Assembly: GCF_001194135.2 (NCBI RefSeq)
Contig: NC_068991.1
Location: forward strand, 4,750,515 to 4,806,614
DNA: 56,100 bases
Source of the DNA: Octopus bimaculoides
Lineage: Eukaryota
Direction of reading: 5' to 3'
A model generated the notes under the pieces. It ran no database searches, had not been told where the DNA came from, and was given only the letters and a program-made list of their open reading frames with translations. The first letter of the stretch is position 1. Every line of letters begins with the position of its first letter. Shown piece by piece: positions 1 through 14,573 of the stretch. The position numbers were made by a program, and so were the translations under genes.

Positions 1-140
1 TATATATATATATATATATATATATGAAGAAAGACACGAAAAAGAGAGAGAGTGGGAGACTTAAGGCGATAGAGAAGTGAATGGAAGCAGAAGACTAGAT
101 AGTGAGAACGATTTCTACGCAGATAGACAGACGGACGGGC

Positions 141-214
<74 letters not shown>
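141..214. repeat. (AGAT)n tetranucleotide microsatellite
   Basis: Uninterrupted AGAT run read directly from the sequence. Confidence 0.95.
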
Positions 215-215
<1 letters not shown>

Positions 216-548
216 AACCATTTGACTCTAAAAACTTGGTCTGTTACGGGTGACTATAAAAGCTGCAAAGTAACCAAGTTTCCTCAATAATTGTCATGTT
301 CTAGCGTCAGAGCCAATGGTTGATATATTACGCTGATGGACCGTATGGAAAATGAGAGCAGGCCTACGTTACCTTAAAATTTCGCTCCTCTACCTTCATC
401 ATTTTCTCAAACATCTATGATGAGGTGATGCTGAGAGAAACATCATTTGCAGTGTTATTATGAATGAGATCGATTTTTTAAATTCTATGTCTGTATGTAT
501 GCATTCATCTGTGTGTGTGTGTGTGTGTGTGTGTGTTTNNNNNNNNNN

Positions 549-590
<42 letters not shown>

Positions 591-2059
591 TCTCATAGTT
601 CTACATTGGAAAGTGGAGATGATTTGCATACAGAAAATAGTTTGTATATATCTTTAAACTAGAATATATCTTAGGGTATTTATTGCTGGATACTGATGAT
701 GTGTCTACAAGTTATACAATGTCTCAACAGATGTTATGGCATCATAAAAGCAATTTCTTGAGATATGTGTATGTACTATATAGCATTGAATACGATACCT
801 GCGTTTCGTACGTTGTAACATACGAGCATGTTAGGGTATGTGGTGGGTTTGATAAATAAGTGAGTGCGTGAATGTACGTGTGCATGCCTCTGTACGTGTA
901 TATTCATGTGTGCGTGTATGCGTGTGTGTGATTTTGTGCATGTATGTATGCGTCTGTGTGTGACTCTGTGTGTATGTGTGTGTATTTGTGTGTGTACAAC
1001 AAAATCTGTGTTGATTCAGAATGTAATTTTCGGCCACCAAAGTTAAACCAACAAGGAGAAATTTACAAATATTTTAAAACAGATCTCTGTATTAGGTCCA
1101 CACATGACAATTTGATAAACTTAAATAATCTAAAGTGCACCTATTTATCTAGCTATCTTTATACCTTTATATATATANNNNNNNNNNNNNNNNNNNNNNN
1201 NNNNNNNNNNNNNNNNNNNNNNNNNNNNNNNNNNNNNNNNNNNNNNNNNNNNNNNNNNNNNNNNNNNNNNNNNNNNNNNNNNNNNNNNNNNNNNNNNNNN
1301 NNNNNNNNNNNNNNNNNNNNNNNNNNNNNNNNNNNNNNNNNNNNNNNNNNNNNNNNNNNNNNNNNNNNNNNNNNNNNNNNNNNNNNNNNNNNNNNNNNNN
1401 NNNNNNNNNNNNNNNNNNNNNNNNNNNNNNNNNNNNNNNNNNNNNNNNNNNNNNNNNTATATATATATATATACAAATATATATATATATACATCTCTCT
1501 CTCCATTTAGATATATATATATATATATGCGTGTGCGTGTGAATGTGTGTGTATAGGGAGGTATATAAGAGTACTATTTAACTTTAGAAATAAAAGGATT
1601 GGAGAATTGTTTTTGATGGAACAGTGTATTGACAAAAATGAGAATATACATTGATAGAAATGCCACCTGTCAAAGTGCCAAAATGAATTGTCATTTCTCA
1701 TACTGTCTCAAAGGAAAGAAGTACACAGCTTAAGTAGTGCGAAATGCGAACAAACAACGTGTGTGTGTGTAATATATATATATATATCTATATAAATATA
1801 TATATATATATGAGCTTCTGTGTGTATATGTGTGTGTTTGTTTAGTTCCCTAGTACCTAGGTCAGGCTTGTGACCACGAGAATATCCATAGATATTAATA
1901 AGTATACCTTAACTGATATCTAAATCTAGATACTCTGTCTTACATTAAAATGTCTGTGTATGTGTGTATAAATATATGTATATATGTATATATGCATATA
2001 TATATATGGGTGTGTGTGTGCATTTGCGGATGTGTACGTATGTGTATGCCTGTATATAC

Positions 2060-2109
<50 letters not shown>

Positions 2110-2630
2110 AGTAATATATAAATATATGCATATATACATACATATATGTACATACATACATATATATGTATATATACATGCATATATGGGTATAGGACGT
2201 CAAAAATCGTGAACGAAATGAGAAACGAGAACATGAAAAACAAAAACATAGAAGGCGAACTTTTTTCGAACAACGAAAAAAAAAAAGAGAGAAACGAGGC
2301 AGGCAACATAAAGGACATTCCATTCATCGTTAAAACAGTCCTTCCGGCAAGGCAAATTAAATAAAATTTGGGATATTTAGCGGAGGGTGAAAGTAGTAAC
2401 AAAAACACGGCAGTACGTACCAACAGTAAAAAAACAAACGGTGAGGGATATTAAGCCATGATGATATGAAGTGGTGAACGCTGGAGAAACGAGCTTTGAG
2501 CAGAGGGTTGAAAGGCCCACACCTGATCAATGAGATTAAGATTTGCCTTAAGTGGTGATTGATATCTCGAAAAAGGAACTAGACATCCTTTAAATCCAAT
2601 GTTTATTCAGTTAATAACTTCTTACCTCGC

Positions 2631-2795
2631 AAAGCGCCAATTTGGTAAAATCGTTACCGCACCAGGTAAAATGCTAAGTTAGATTTCGTCCGTTTATAGG
2701 TTCTGAGTTCAAATTTCACCGACGTCGACGTTGCCTTTTATCACTTCGAGATCGATGAAATAAGCACCAGTTGAACGCTGGACTCGATGAAATTC
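2631..2795 (+). mobile_element. SINE family A, degenerate copy
   Basis: Shares aatcgtta..gcac..gg.aaaatgcta, ttctgagttcaaattt (B-box-like), gtcgac.ttgccttt.atc and taagcaccagttg with the better copies at 16899 and 53525. Confidence 0.7.
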
Positions 2796-3410
2796 ATTTA
2801 CGCACTCAACAGAGCTTTCTAGCTTCGTGTCTACATTTGAAACCGCTAAGTCTGTATCTATCAGTAATATAAGATAAAACATGTAAGGTTACACAATGCT
2901 TGTCTGAAGAGTCGTAATAAGGCAAAAAAAAAAAAGGAAATTTAAATTGTTGACTGTAGTGTCAAAGATCAGACTAATTTCCTAGAGAGTTTATATTCAG
3001 ATTTAATTAATCTGTATATTAGCGGTTTCGCACATTCTTTTCTCCAACAAAATAAACTCGAAGCATTAATCAATAGCTACACTAAGAATTTCATCTGGTT
3101 CTTTGCAGTAGTATATGATGAAGATGAAAACAAAGTTACAGAGAAATTTGAAACAGAAGACAGAAAGTGGAATCAGAGAAAAAACCCCCATTTCTGAAAG
3201 AAACTGAAACAACCGGCGCCTAAGATGAAATATTTTTTCAAGAGGGAATATTTCTTTTCTAATTCCTTGACATAAATGTCCTCCTGTACACACGGCCAAA
3301 TTCCTGTAGACTGTTGCCAACTTTAATAATATAATATTATGTGAGACATTGCTAGCAGGTAAATATCTTAAAATTCTCTGATCTAATAAAATGCCAAAAT
3401 ATATTTCTCA

Positions 3411-3444
<34 letters not shown>

Positions 3445-3454
3445 NNNNNNNNNN

Positions 3455-3485
<31 letters not shown>

Positions 3486-3664
3486 ATATATATATATATT
3501 CATTTTCATATTCATATAGATATATTCATATACATATATAAACATACATACACACACGTGTACACATACACACACACACACACACATATATATATATGAA
3601 TGAGTCTATACATTATATATACATACTCATATATATCTACATATATATATGTGTATATGTATAC

Positions 3665-3705
<41 letters not shown>

Positions 3706-5293
3706 TATTTATACATATAAACAAGCATATGTACGAATGTATGTGTGTGTGTATTTGTACAAATATATATATATATATGCACATATGTGTTTTGTGAAGA
3801 AAGTTTCACCAAGAGTCTGAAATACTGTCTAACTCAGTTATAAGAATTCTTCTCACATACCATCAAATACCCAATGTAGTATCATCATCCTGCTGTATGT
3901 CAATAGCAATCTCTACGGGAAATTTCCAATAGTTAACCAATGTATTGCGTTGTGATATTCCTACGTATCCATCCTAACTAGTCTCTGGATATAAATCTTT
4001 CAAATATTTCCTCCTTGAAAACAAAGACACCGAAAAGCCAATTTAAAACTGAATAGCTAATACTAAGAATTAACCTAAGATAGCACAACATGAATTACAC
4101 ATTGCATTAGAGAGAAAGAGAGAGAGACAGACAGATAGACAGATGCAGAGATAGACAGATGCACAGAGAGAGAGAAAGAGATACAGAGAGAACCATTGGA
4201 CATGTTAAATATCTATTCTATTTAGAAAATACATTTACTGCTATTTCTTGGTGAGTGGTAAATACATTTCAGCTGTTTGATTTCAATACGGACTTTCTAT
4301 CTCTGCATTGGCATGTCTATTTAAATAACATAAACATTTGAGTTTTCTTTTTAATTTTTCTTTTAGCAGTTTTCGTACATTTTCAAAAATTCCTTCGTAC
4401 ATATCTCGACACCCAATGATCATATTTACATGTATTTCCTTATTCACAGTAACTTATTATTTATATTTGAATACAGTTATTCTGAGAACTTATGAATCGG
4501 TGTAGCTAAAACCGCACAGATATCGTAGTGTGAAAATTATAGATACGTATGGAATTCTTTTTTTTTTTTTTGTCTTGTATCACTGCTTTAAAATAGTGGT
4601 TGAACAAATTTACATTTATTTTTTTATGTCTTTTCAGACTTCGATATTCAAATAAAAATATTCCTTCCTGATACTAAGTTACTAAGATATTCATTGTTTA
4701 CACTAATGCTAGTAATATACTTGCTGCGTCGTATGTTGGAGTGTATCTCATACATTCACATAAATATTTATCAATATGCATATGTTTATATCATAATATA
4801 TACATACACACACACTCATACACACACAGACGCACACGCACACACACACACACACACGCACACACATATGTAGCTTTTTATAAGTTTATAAAACTTAACT
4901 TCGAAACTTTGAGTAGGGAAGTACAAGTACAGCCTTTTATCTGCAAATGGAAAGAAGGGAAGGTGTGGTGCAGCCATTTTACATATATATACAACACACA
5001 TACACACACATGCGCAGACACATACACACTTATGTCTACGTATATATACATATATATCTATATATGCGTATATATNNNNNNNNNNNNNNNNNNNNNNNNN
5101 NNNNNNNNNNNNNNNNNNNNNNNNNNNNNNNNNNNNNNNNNNNNNNNNNNNNNNNNNNNNNNNNNNNNNNNNNNNNNNNNNNNNNNNNNNNNNNNNNNNN
5201 NNNNNNNNNNNNNNNNNNNNNNNNNNNNNNNNNNNNNNNNNNNNNNNNNNNNNNNNNNNNNNNNNATATATATATATATATATATACATATAT

Positions 5294-5339
<46 letters not shown>

Positions 5340-6215
5340 TGATAGATTTATATATTTCAAAGATGTCGAGAAAGAGGAGGATGAGGAAAGTGAAAATTCA
5401 TGCTTATATTTTGATATATTTTCATGCTTATAACCTGCAGCTTCATGCTCTTATGTCCCCCAAAACCGAGGGTAGGCTCCGTGTACCCTTCCCTTGTTAT
5501 TTATTGTTTATTTTCTTGAAATACTATGAAGGAGAGTTAAGATAGTAATGAAAACAACAGAGCTTACGTTTTTTTGTCTCCACGATGATTTTCGAGGTCA
5601 GTGTGGGGAGGGTGCATCATCTCCCACGAGAACAAGTGATTCTTAAATAAATCATCAAAAAATCCCGCTGTATACAGATGCCGAAGTATCGTCAGAACAT
5701 AGTCGATCGTCAAATAGAACGTGTTCACTCCTCGTATATGTGTGTATATGAGTGTGTGTGCGCGTGAGAATAGATATAGTCGTATATGGATCCTTATACA
5801 TCCATATANNNNNNNNNNATAAACATATATAAATGGATGTCTTTGTGTAATTTGGCATTGTCCTTAAATCTTTAAACAGAATGCCTAAGATATTTGTTCC
5901 GGTTTTCTGCTCCCTGATTTGAAATCTAGCCGTCTGCTACGTTCTTCGAGACATAGAATGAATAATGATAGACGTAGAAAACCCTTCAGCAAATTTCCAT
6001 AAATTTCACTTCATTAATTTCTATGGCACTACACCAGCAGTTATGTTAGAAGAAATCTTAATTTCCAAGTCTTGGAAAACGGAATTATTATGTATTTGAA
6101 TGTATATATCAATCTTCGTAAATTCCTTTATTTTCTATTACCAATTACTTGTTCCTATTCTAGCTTGAAGCTGGTGCTATACTGGGTCACAGCCATCGTT
6201 CTGTTTATTAGTGTG

Positions 6216-6248
<33 letters not shown>

Positions 6249-7564
6249 GTGTTAGTGTGTGTGTGTGTATGTGTGTGTGCGTGTGTATGTGTGTGTGCGT
6301 GCGTTTAACTATTGCATGATTTTCCAGTGCAAATTTCACTTCTGCTCATTTTTACCTGAAAAAGTTAACAGAAGAATGCAATTATATCGGGGAAAGTTTG
6401 TTAGAAAAGTATTTTACTCCCCATGCTGAGAAATGTTTTATGCATTTTTCCATGTATTTACTTTTGATATTGAACTTTTCATAGCTTGGTCTGATATACA
6501 CATTTCATTTTCGCATTTCGTGCGCTCTTGATTTCAATTTGTGAGTTAAAACAAAGGTATTACTCTTGTAGTCACCAACAAAATATAATACACATGCTCA
6601 GATATTGGTTTTACAGATTCTGTTTCCTGTTGATGCGTCAAAACATGGTCTTGACATTTGTACAAATGTCAAGAAGCTAATAACGTTCAAGGAAGTAAAT
6701 TCTTTAGACTTTGCATTTGTTACGAATAAACTCATCATCTACGCGCATCCATAAGTGTACCAATTACTACGATTGAAGTATCCGCTGAAAACTAACAATA
6801 CGTTTATGTTATATACAGCAGGCCCTTAAATTGTATCTACTTACAACTAATAAAATTCAATGTTTAACTGTAACCTCAGGTTGCTACTGAGATTCCATCA
6901 TGTTGTTGGGAGGGATTGTAGCTTTTGACCCCAGATGACAGGCGTATGAGGATTTCGTTGAATCAAAGACATATCTATAAATGGAATACATATTCTAGCG
7001 CTCTTTACAATTGTAGAAGTTTCGAGGTTGGAAAGTTTGTTAAACAGAATAATAATTTTACGATATTTTTAAGATATTTATTTGTATAAGTGAAATAAAC
7101 TAATCTCAAATGCATATTTAGAAACGAAGTATGCATAAAACACATATTTGCATGATTACAATTAAAACACTACACACTTGGTTAAAAGTCTGTTGAAATG
7201 AAGTGTGGTTGGGAAGCATTCTTCTTACTACACATCTACACCTCCATTTGTAGCTATATTTATATTGCACATTATTTATACCTATATTTCTCAATATTGA
7301 TACTCTTATTAATCGAAGTATTACCCGATTTGTTTTTTATCTTTATCGGAAGAATAATATACTCAGCTAACAAATAAACGTAGCCTTCTGAAATCATATG
7401 AAATGTTTATGTCTAACTGGTTCTTCATATATTACCATATAAGGGTATATGATGACAGTTCATCTCCTGAAGGAACCCAGGAGACTATGCTCCGGTTACT
7501 TTTTCACAATCAAGATATGGACCTCCACTGGCAAATGCTAACTTGACTCACTTTTTTTTTTCAG

Positions 7565-7742
7565 TGACAGGGTGGAATTGAAAATCGGAATGCGTAGATC
7601 AGATAAATATATTGCAAGACATCTGTACCTGCTGCTTAAAGAATTCTGCCAATCCGCCACTCCGGACATTCAGGTTCTTCGCTCGATATCGAATAATGAG
7701 ATGCAGTGTTTACCACATTGCTATATTAACTCAGATTATAAG
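7565..7742 (+). CDS. Candidate internal exon, unknown product (DRVELKIGMRRSDKYIARHLYLLLKEFCQSATPDIQVLRSISNNEMQCLPHCYINSDYK)
   Basis: Branch-like ctaac, then a T10-CAG acceptor, 59 open codons and an AAG|GTGTAG donor (weak). No recognised homology; it could be a decayed TE ORF. Confidence 0.25.
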
Positions 7743-8232
7743 GTGTAGAAACTAATACCGCGAGGTATTGTATCTAATACTCTACGAAACTACACCCAAT
7801 CTTCATTTTAAAAAAATGTACCATAACAGTTTTAATAGCAAATTGAAATAAATATCTGACAAGAAAACAATCATGAAAGCGATGAAGGAGGATTTTTCTT
7901 CTTTTAAAGAAATGTTGAACAATGAAGGAAGGCAAGCGAAGGTGAGACCAAAGAAATTAAAATGGAACATGAAAGAAGGCTTCATGTCAAATGATTTCAT
8001 TGAGGGGTAGATTATTTGAACTACGTTTCTGAGAATACAGTTTAAGTCATACTCATGATATTGAATCTCACATTGCTAACGGATGATGCATTTAATTTTT
8101 TGATTTTTAATAAACCAAATATTTAAGAAATCAATGTGAATTTAACACATTGCTTATTACAAATTGGTGACGTAAATTTAAAATAAAATATATTAGAAAT
8201 CATGTATTAAATATTGGTTTCAAATTTTGGCA

Positions 8233-8367
8233 ACTTATTTTATCGACCCTGAGGTGATGAAAGGCAGAGTCGACGTCAGCGGGTTTTAAACTCAGAACGT
8301 AATGGCGAATAAAGTGCCGTTAAGCATTTTGCTGCACATGCTAGGGACTCAGCTAGCTCGCCGCCTT
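8233..8367 (-). mobile_element. SINE family A, 5' part
   Basis: ttttatcgaccc..gatgaaaggcagagtcgac...aactcagaacgtaa...aagcattt...agctcgccgcctt matches the antisense of the family A head. Confidence 0.8.
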
Positions 8368-8378
8368 AAATCACTAGA

Positions 8379-8487
8379 AAATATCATGAGTATAAAATAT
8401 CATCAGTTTTAAATATCATGAGTATAAAATATCATCAGTTTTAAATATCATGAGTATAAAATATCATCAGTTTTAAATATCATTAGT
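8379..8487. repeat. 32-bp minisatellite (3 full copies plus a partial), built from two 16-bp subunits
   Basis: Unit aaatatcatgagtata-aaatatcatcagtttt starts at 8379, 8411 and 8443, with a partial copy at 8475. Confidence 0.95.
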
Positions 8488-10242
8488 GAATCGGGATTAG
8501 ATCGCATTATATACTTTTTATCTATTATTAATTACAATAAAATAACTGGAAACGTTTCTGCATAATTACTCCCATCAAATAGCATTATTCAATATCTGGC
8601 GTCAAGCTGATACGGAATATTAAACAAAGGTTACTTGTAAACAATCATCTTGAAAAAAAATTTGTTTTGACACGCGATAATTGCTCATACAATTTCTGAA
8701 CAATAAAACATTCAATTTAATTAAGTTTCCTTATCAATTTATATTTACTGGTTTTTTAAACATAGGATTTTATCAGTAGCAACATCATAACTTCTATTAT
8801 TACTACTGACCGAAGTTAATTAATATTATCCAAGACGATTCTAGTAAGTTAATATAGAATTCATCAAGGTACAATACCGGATTAGATTATGTTAGATTAG
8901 GTATTGGCGTATCTGATCATTATATATATATGTATGTTAATTAATGATAGATAAGAAGGGTAGTCACGATATTAATGATTTGCTATTTATGAAAATATAT
9001 CATTTGGTTATAAAGTCATGTTTCGATTATCAAATTATAATTAAAGTTACATAATTGTCTTACTAAACAATATATGTGCATGTAATTACATACATATATA
9101 AATACACACATACACACACATGTAAATGTATTGATATGTATATGCATATGCACGCCCACACGCACTCACACATGCATACATAGGTACTCGCGTGCATGCG
9201 TGTATGCATGTGTGTATGTGTATGTGTTTTTCTACGAGAATAAATGCAATTAGTATTTTGTGTATGACCACACATACTGCTTAATATGCGTACCATCACG
9301 TGTTTACGTGGCCGAGCAGGAAGTCAGATTTTGTCACACACCGCTGGTAACAATGCGCTTTTGTATTCTCTTAACCTTCAAATGACACCACCCCGACTGG
9401 TTAGGCGACCAAACAAATTTGGAAGCATATAATCTAAAAAGTAAAGAAAATCATCTAAAAAAAAGACATTAAAGGTATTACCTGAAGAAGTGTACTATGA
9501 AAATGCACCTTTGCGGAATGTGATAAAATGTTACATAATGTTACACAGCAATTTACAAAATATGATGGCGACTTAAATTCAAATGGAACGGAAACACGCA
9601 TATTTCTGACACCCGTATTTCTATCATATACGACGTGTCGAATGGACCAAATATTCATTCGATACAGGTTTGGATGTACAGGATATCAGGTGGCAAGAAA
9701 ATATTGTTTCAATTATTCACGGATTGCTGAGTGTCTATATCTATTTATATGCTTTTTTTTTGTACCAGTCAGATTGCTTTCGTTGTTCAGTTACTGGTCG
9801 GTTATTTTCAGTATGTTTTCAATGTTCAACCGCTCATCTTTGCTTCTTTTTTCGATAATATCCAGCTTCATTCTTGTATTAATTCCGTTATAGTTCAGCT
9901 ATTGTCCTATTTGTTTTGTTTCATCCTCCTTTAAGGACATACATATATATATANNNNNNNNNNNNNNNNNNNNNNNNNNNNNNNNNNNNNNNNNNNNNNN
10001 NNNNNNNNNNNNNNNNNNNNNNNNNNNNNNNNNNNNNNNNNNNNNNNNNNNNNNNNNNNNNNNNNNNNNNNNNNNNNNNNNNNNNNNNNNNNNNNNNNNN
10101 NNNNNNNNNNNNNNNNNNNNNNNNNNNNNNNNNNNNNNNNNNNNNNNNNNNNNNNNNNNNNNNNNNNNNNNNNNNNNNNNNNNNNNNNNNNNNNNNNNNN
10201 NNNNNNNNNNNNNNNNNNNNNNNNNNNNNNNNNNNNNNNNNN

Positions 10243-10296
<54 letters not shown>

Positions 10297-10950
10297 GTTT
10301 GTGTGTGTAATTATAAGTAAATATGTGTGTGTGGGTGTGTGTATCCTGAATGATTGTCAATAAATTTGCTTTATTCAATGAGAAGCATTCTCTTCTAATC
10401 ACTAGTTTTGTTTTCTCAGATTTTTTCGCTTAGATTCGCATAATGATTGTGATATAATTATAATTCCTGTAATTGAATTTATTACTTATTCTAAGTTCAT
10501 TCTCTAATTTTTATCGATATCTGCTCCTTCCTTAATTTTTCTTAGAATTTCTTCAATGAAACAAAATGCCCGTTTGTCATTTCTCACTGTTGGAATTGCA
10601 ACAGTCCAGCGATTGATCTTTTGCAAATCTGATATCAAAAATGATTTTCTCCCCTTATTGCTATATCAACGAAATGTAGAACAGGGTCGTCTTCCTTGAT
10701 TTAAGAAACAATACATTTGTGAAGGTGAGTGCCACGTCTGAGAGAAACAATGTGGAACTGTAACGCTACTGAAATTGCTAATTAAACATTTCACCATGGA
10801 TATTACACGATATTCTTTCTCTCTTCACCTCTATTACTCTTTCTGGTGTCTTCTCTCTCCTCTGTATTTATAGCTTATATCTTTCTCCCGTAATCATTCT
10901 TCCTCGTATTCCTCCTCTCTCTATCAAAAGCTACATGCTTTTCTACTCTT

Positions 10951-11075
10951 GGCACAAGGCTCCAAATTTTGTGGGAGGGGCTCAGTCGATTAGCTCGACA
11001 CCAGTACGCAACTGGTACGTAATTTATCGACTCCGAAAGAATGAAAGGCAAAGTCGACTTGGACGGAATTTGATC
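10951..11075 (-). mobile_element. SINE family A, 3' part (5'-truncated)
   Basis: ggcacaaggctccaaattttgtgggagggg...ccagtacgcaactggtacgtaatttatcgactccgaaagaatgaaaggcaaagtcgac closely matches 53535-53660. Confidence 0.85.
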
Positions 11076-11313
11076 AAAACCTATATCTTTGCCTCTTTTC
11101 CACGCTGACACTCGTTTACGCTTTCTCTTCCTCCCACTCTCTCTCTTTCTCTCTCTCGCTCGCTCACTCTCACTCTGTTTTCTCAAAAACTCTTTCTTTT
11201 TCCTCAATGGTTTTAGTTTCTTTCGCAAAGAACTCTCTCCCTCTCTCTTTCTCATATTAATCAATATATCTCTTCCATACACTTCCTTCTCTATCTATTT
11301 CTGTAACGTTTTC

Positions 11314-11384
<71 letters not shown>

Positions 11385-14300
11385 ACTATCTATCTATCTG
11401 TCTATCTAACCTTCTGTCTGTCTCTCTATCACCGTCCTTTTCATTCTTCTCCTCTTACTCCCACTGCATATTCATACCTCTTACCATCTATACGTATCTC
11501 TCCCTCTCTCTTTCTCTCTCTCTCTTTCTCCGTCTCCCTCACTCTGTATGCCTCCGCTTCCTTCCCTTACTCTCTCTTGATATTTCTATTTCCTTCCCCG
11601 CTGCCATCGCCATTCTCTTTATATCTCTGTCTATGTCTCCCATTTATTATAATTTTGTTTTTTCTTACTTTAACAAGAAACAGAGTATTTCTCTGCTAAA
11701 TGAACTGACTGACTGAAATGTAATAATGTAAAAATGAAAAACAAAGATAAGAAACGAGACAACAATACATAAAAAGGAATAGAAAACTGTCAAATATATT
11801 TTTAAAAAAGTACATCATCAGACAAGTATTTACTAAACTAAACAAGTGATAATTAAAAAAAAATGGTGTTCATACTTATAGTGCAGCATTATTGTAGTGT
11901 AAAAATAATAAATGCAGCTGCTAAAATAAATCGGTCAAATATAATGATTACAATTCTTCATTATTAGATTAATGCATAGTAAGGTATCAAGAACATAACG
12001 ATTGAAATAGTGTGATTTGAATAGCGGCTGCTGTAATAGTCATTGGTAAACCATCATAGCGACTGGTTCGAAGATCTGTTTGTGTTTTAATGTATTTCAC
12101 ATCTAGGGTATGTTGTTAAAGCCAATCGCAGTATTTCAATTGTATTTTACCTTAGTGATCCCAGGAAAAATATAATGTGTGGTAGAATTTGTCGGCGGGC
12201 TTTGAGATCAGGTGATTAAACAAAAGAAAAAAAACAGTGTAATAGAATATATCACAGATATCTTCTCCTACGCTCTAAGGACTCTGTCAATCAGCGGTTT
12301 TGTTGGTAATTTTTTATTAAATTATGATGCAGTTATTGCTTGTCTTTGGTAAAACGGGATAAACGTAATAATGTAACAAAATGAAGGAAACGAATGAATT
12401 CAGAAATAGTAGACAACATCGATAACTGCTTATTCAATTTAACCTAATAAGGAGATAAATGCCTCCTCTTACACTACAGCACTATAATTACACAGATATT
12501 TGTAATCTGGACTCGTGAATATTCGATAGCACACGACGTCACTTTACACATACAAATATAGATAAATCCTTGTAGGTAAATCAAATATGTACCTAAATAT
12601 AAGTGGCCGTCTGCACAGGTATGTATGTAAGGGGGGAGTGTGTGTGTGCGTGTGTACTTGTCTATGTATGAATATATATTTATGTTGTGTGTCTTCTCAT
12701 GGTTTTCGAAGTTCACAAGTCGTCCGGAAACTATGACTCAAGTATAATATGACATTGAACAATACAGCCTCTCCGAATGTAGCGCATAACCCATTTGTTA
12801 TAAGTGTAAGTACTTAGAATATATTTAACTGTTAGAAATGTGCTCAAAGATATTATATAAACACAGAGATTGATGTAGATTATCAGCGTATGTTTATGTG
12901 AACATATTTGTTTGGTATCCAAGTGTTAATCTTGTTCTACTGATTGCAAGCACTCGATAAATATCGTTATAATACGAAAGTAACGCGTGATAAAACTATA
13001 AAATGAACATAACTTTGTATAAAACGTTTATTTCTATTAAGAAATATGTATATGCAAACACATGTTTGTCTGCGTAGGAGGTCAACGATATGTGCGGCAC
13101 TGGGACTTAGTTTGATACAAATCTGTAACAAATGGTTTTCGTGTTAATAGAATGGTACCAGTACCTGTATTTATATAAATGCCTGTGTAAACATATACAT
13201 ATATTTATATGAAATAATTTAGCTTTTTGGAACATGGAAACTCGAAGCATATATAAAGCTATAAATAATGACGTGTAAATATTAGGCTAAAAATGATTTG
13301 TATTGAATAATTTGAAGGCCTACAGATACTTACACGGAAGTATTTATAATTTCGTAAATGCCTCGAGTTTCAATGCTGCAAAAGAAATTATTTCTCACAT
13401 TCTCGAAATCTCCACATGTATGCGTGTATATATTTAAGCATAAAGAGGATGAATACCTTTGTATTTGTGCTTGCTGCTCACCCCACTTCACAACCGGTGT
13501 TGTTTTGATTATGCCCTCTTAATCTAGCGGCTCCGCGAAAGAAACCAAAGAAATAACTATCGAGCGAATGAGGAAAAAAATAAGTACTTGGGGGTTTGTT
13601 TGACTAATCAATTCATGCCCATCAACTAGTAAAATTTCAAAGATTCTCCTATGGAACAAGAAACGTTCGAAAAATGTTTTATTAATTTTTCTTCTAAGCG
13701 TATAATTTAAGAAAAATATCATCACCCAACGCGCTGACTTTCATGTCAAGTTTTGAAAAATGGAAGCAGTATTTTCATGTTGTAGACATTACGGATTTAC
13801 TATCTGCAGCAGTCTTCCGAAATTCTAAATTGTGCTTTGAAGAATAATTTCAAAAAATAAACAGCAACTTTAAATCCAATTCTTCATAAATATATTTTCA
13901 CATCAAGAACATGATAAGGAAAAACATGGTGTAATGGTTTTATTAGTTCTTAAAGTATTGAATATATATATCTTCAGTAATGGAAACAATAGTAATGTGT
14001 GTTGCTTTCCATTCCAAAAGTATATAGATATGTTCCATCAACGTTTTGAGGATGTAAATGCAAGTATGAATACAGAATCTTTGTTATATATTTCTACAGT
14101 TTCATTCTTAATCTTATATTATGTTCGTAGAAGTATTCATAGTTATTCCGATGCGAAACAGATCAAAATCATTTGACACTAAATAATTTCTCATTACACT
14201 AAAATTATTTTTAAAATTGCAGATTCTGAATCTCTCCTGATTAAAGATATAAATCTCTGAAAACTGATATTTAAAAATTGTTTACAAAAAATGCTTAAGG

Positions 14301-14542
14301 AGAGTTTTAGAAATCTACGCTTAAACGAATCGATAGTAAATTCAATATGGTTCTGTTTTTTTCTAATCGTACGACTATGCACAACCATGCGCAACACATA
14401 ATATAAGTCAGGAGATATGTATCCCAAGGATAAAGTACACATTTTATTATACCGCATTATTTTAATTTCACCGCATTCATCTATCACCGTGGAGCTTCTA
14501 TGAAGACAATCATTTGATATATATACGCACATACATATTTTC

Positions 14543-14573
<31 letters not shown>

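Noticed and set aside
8379-8487. Possible CRISPR-like array
   Set aside because: The units are contiguous with no unique spacers, and the context is eukaryotic.
9495-9540. KCTFAECDK, resembling the start of a C2H2 finger
   Set aside because: No correctly spaced His pair follows, and a stop lies immediately upstream.
12718-12730. gtcgtccggaaa, matching the mariner TIR at 21582
   Set aside because: Only about 12 bp match, with no partner TIR or internal sequence.
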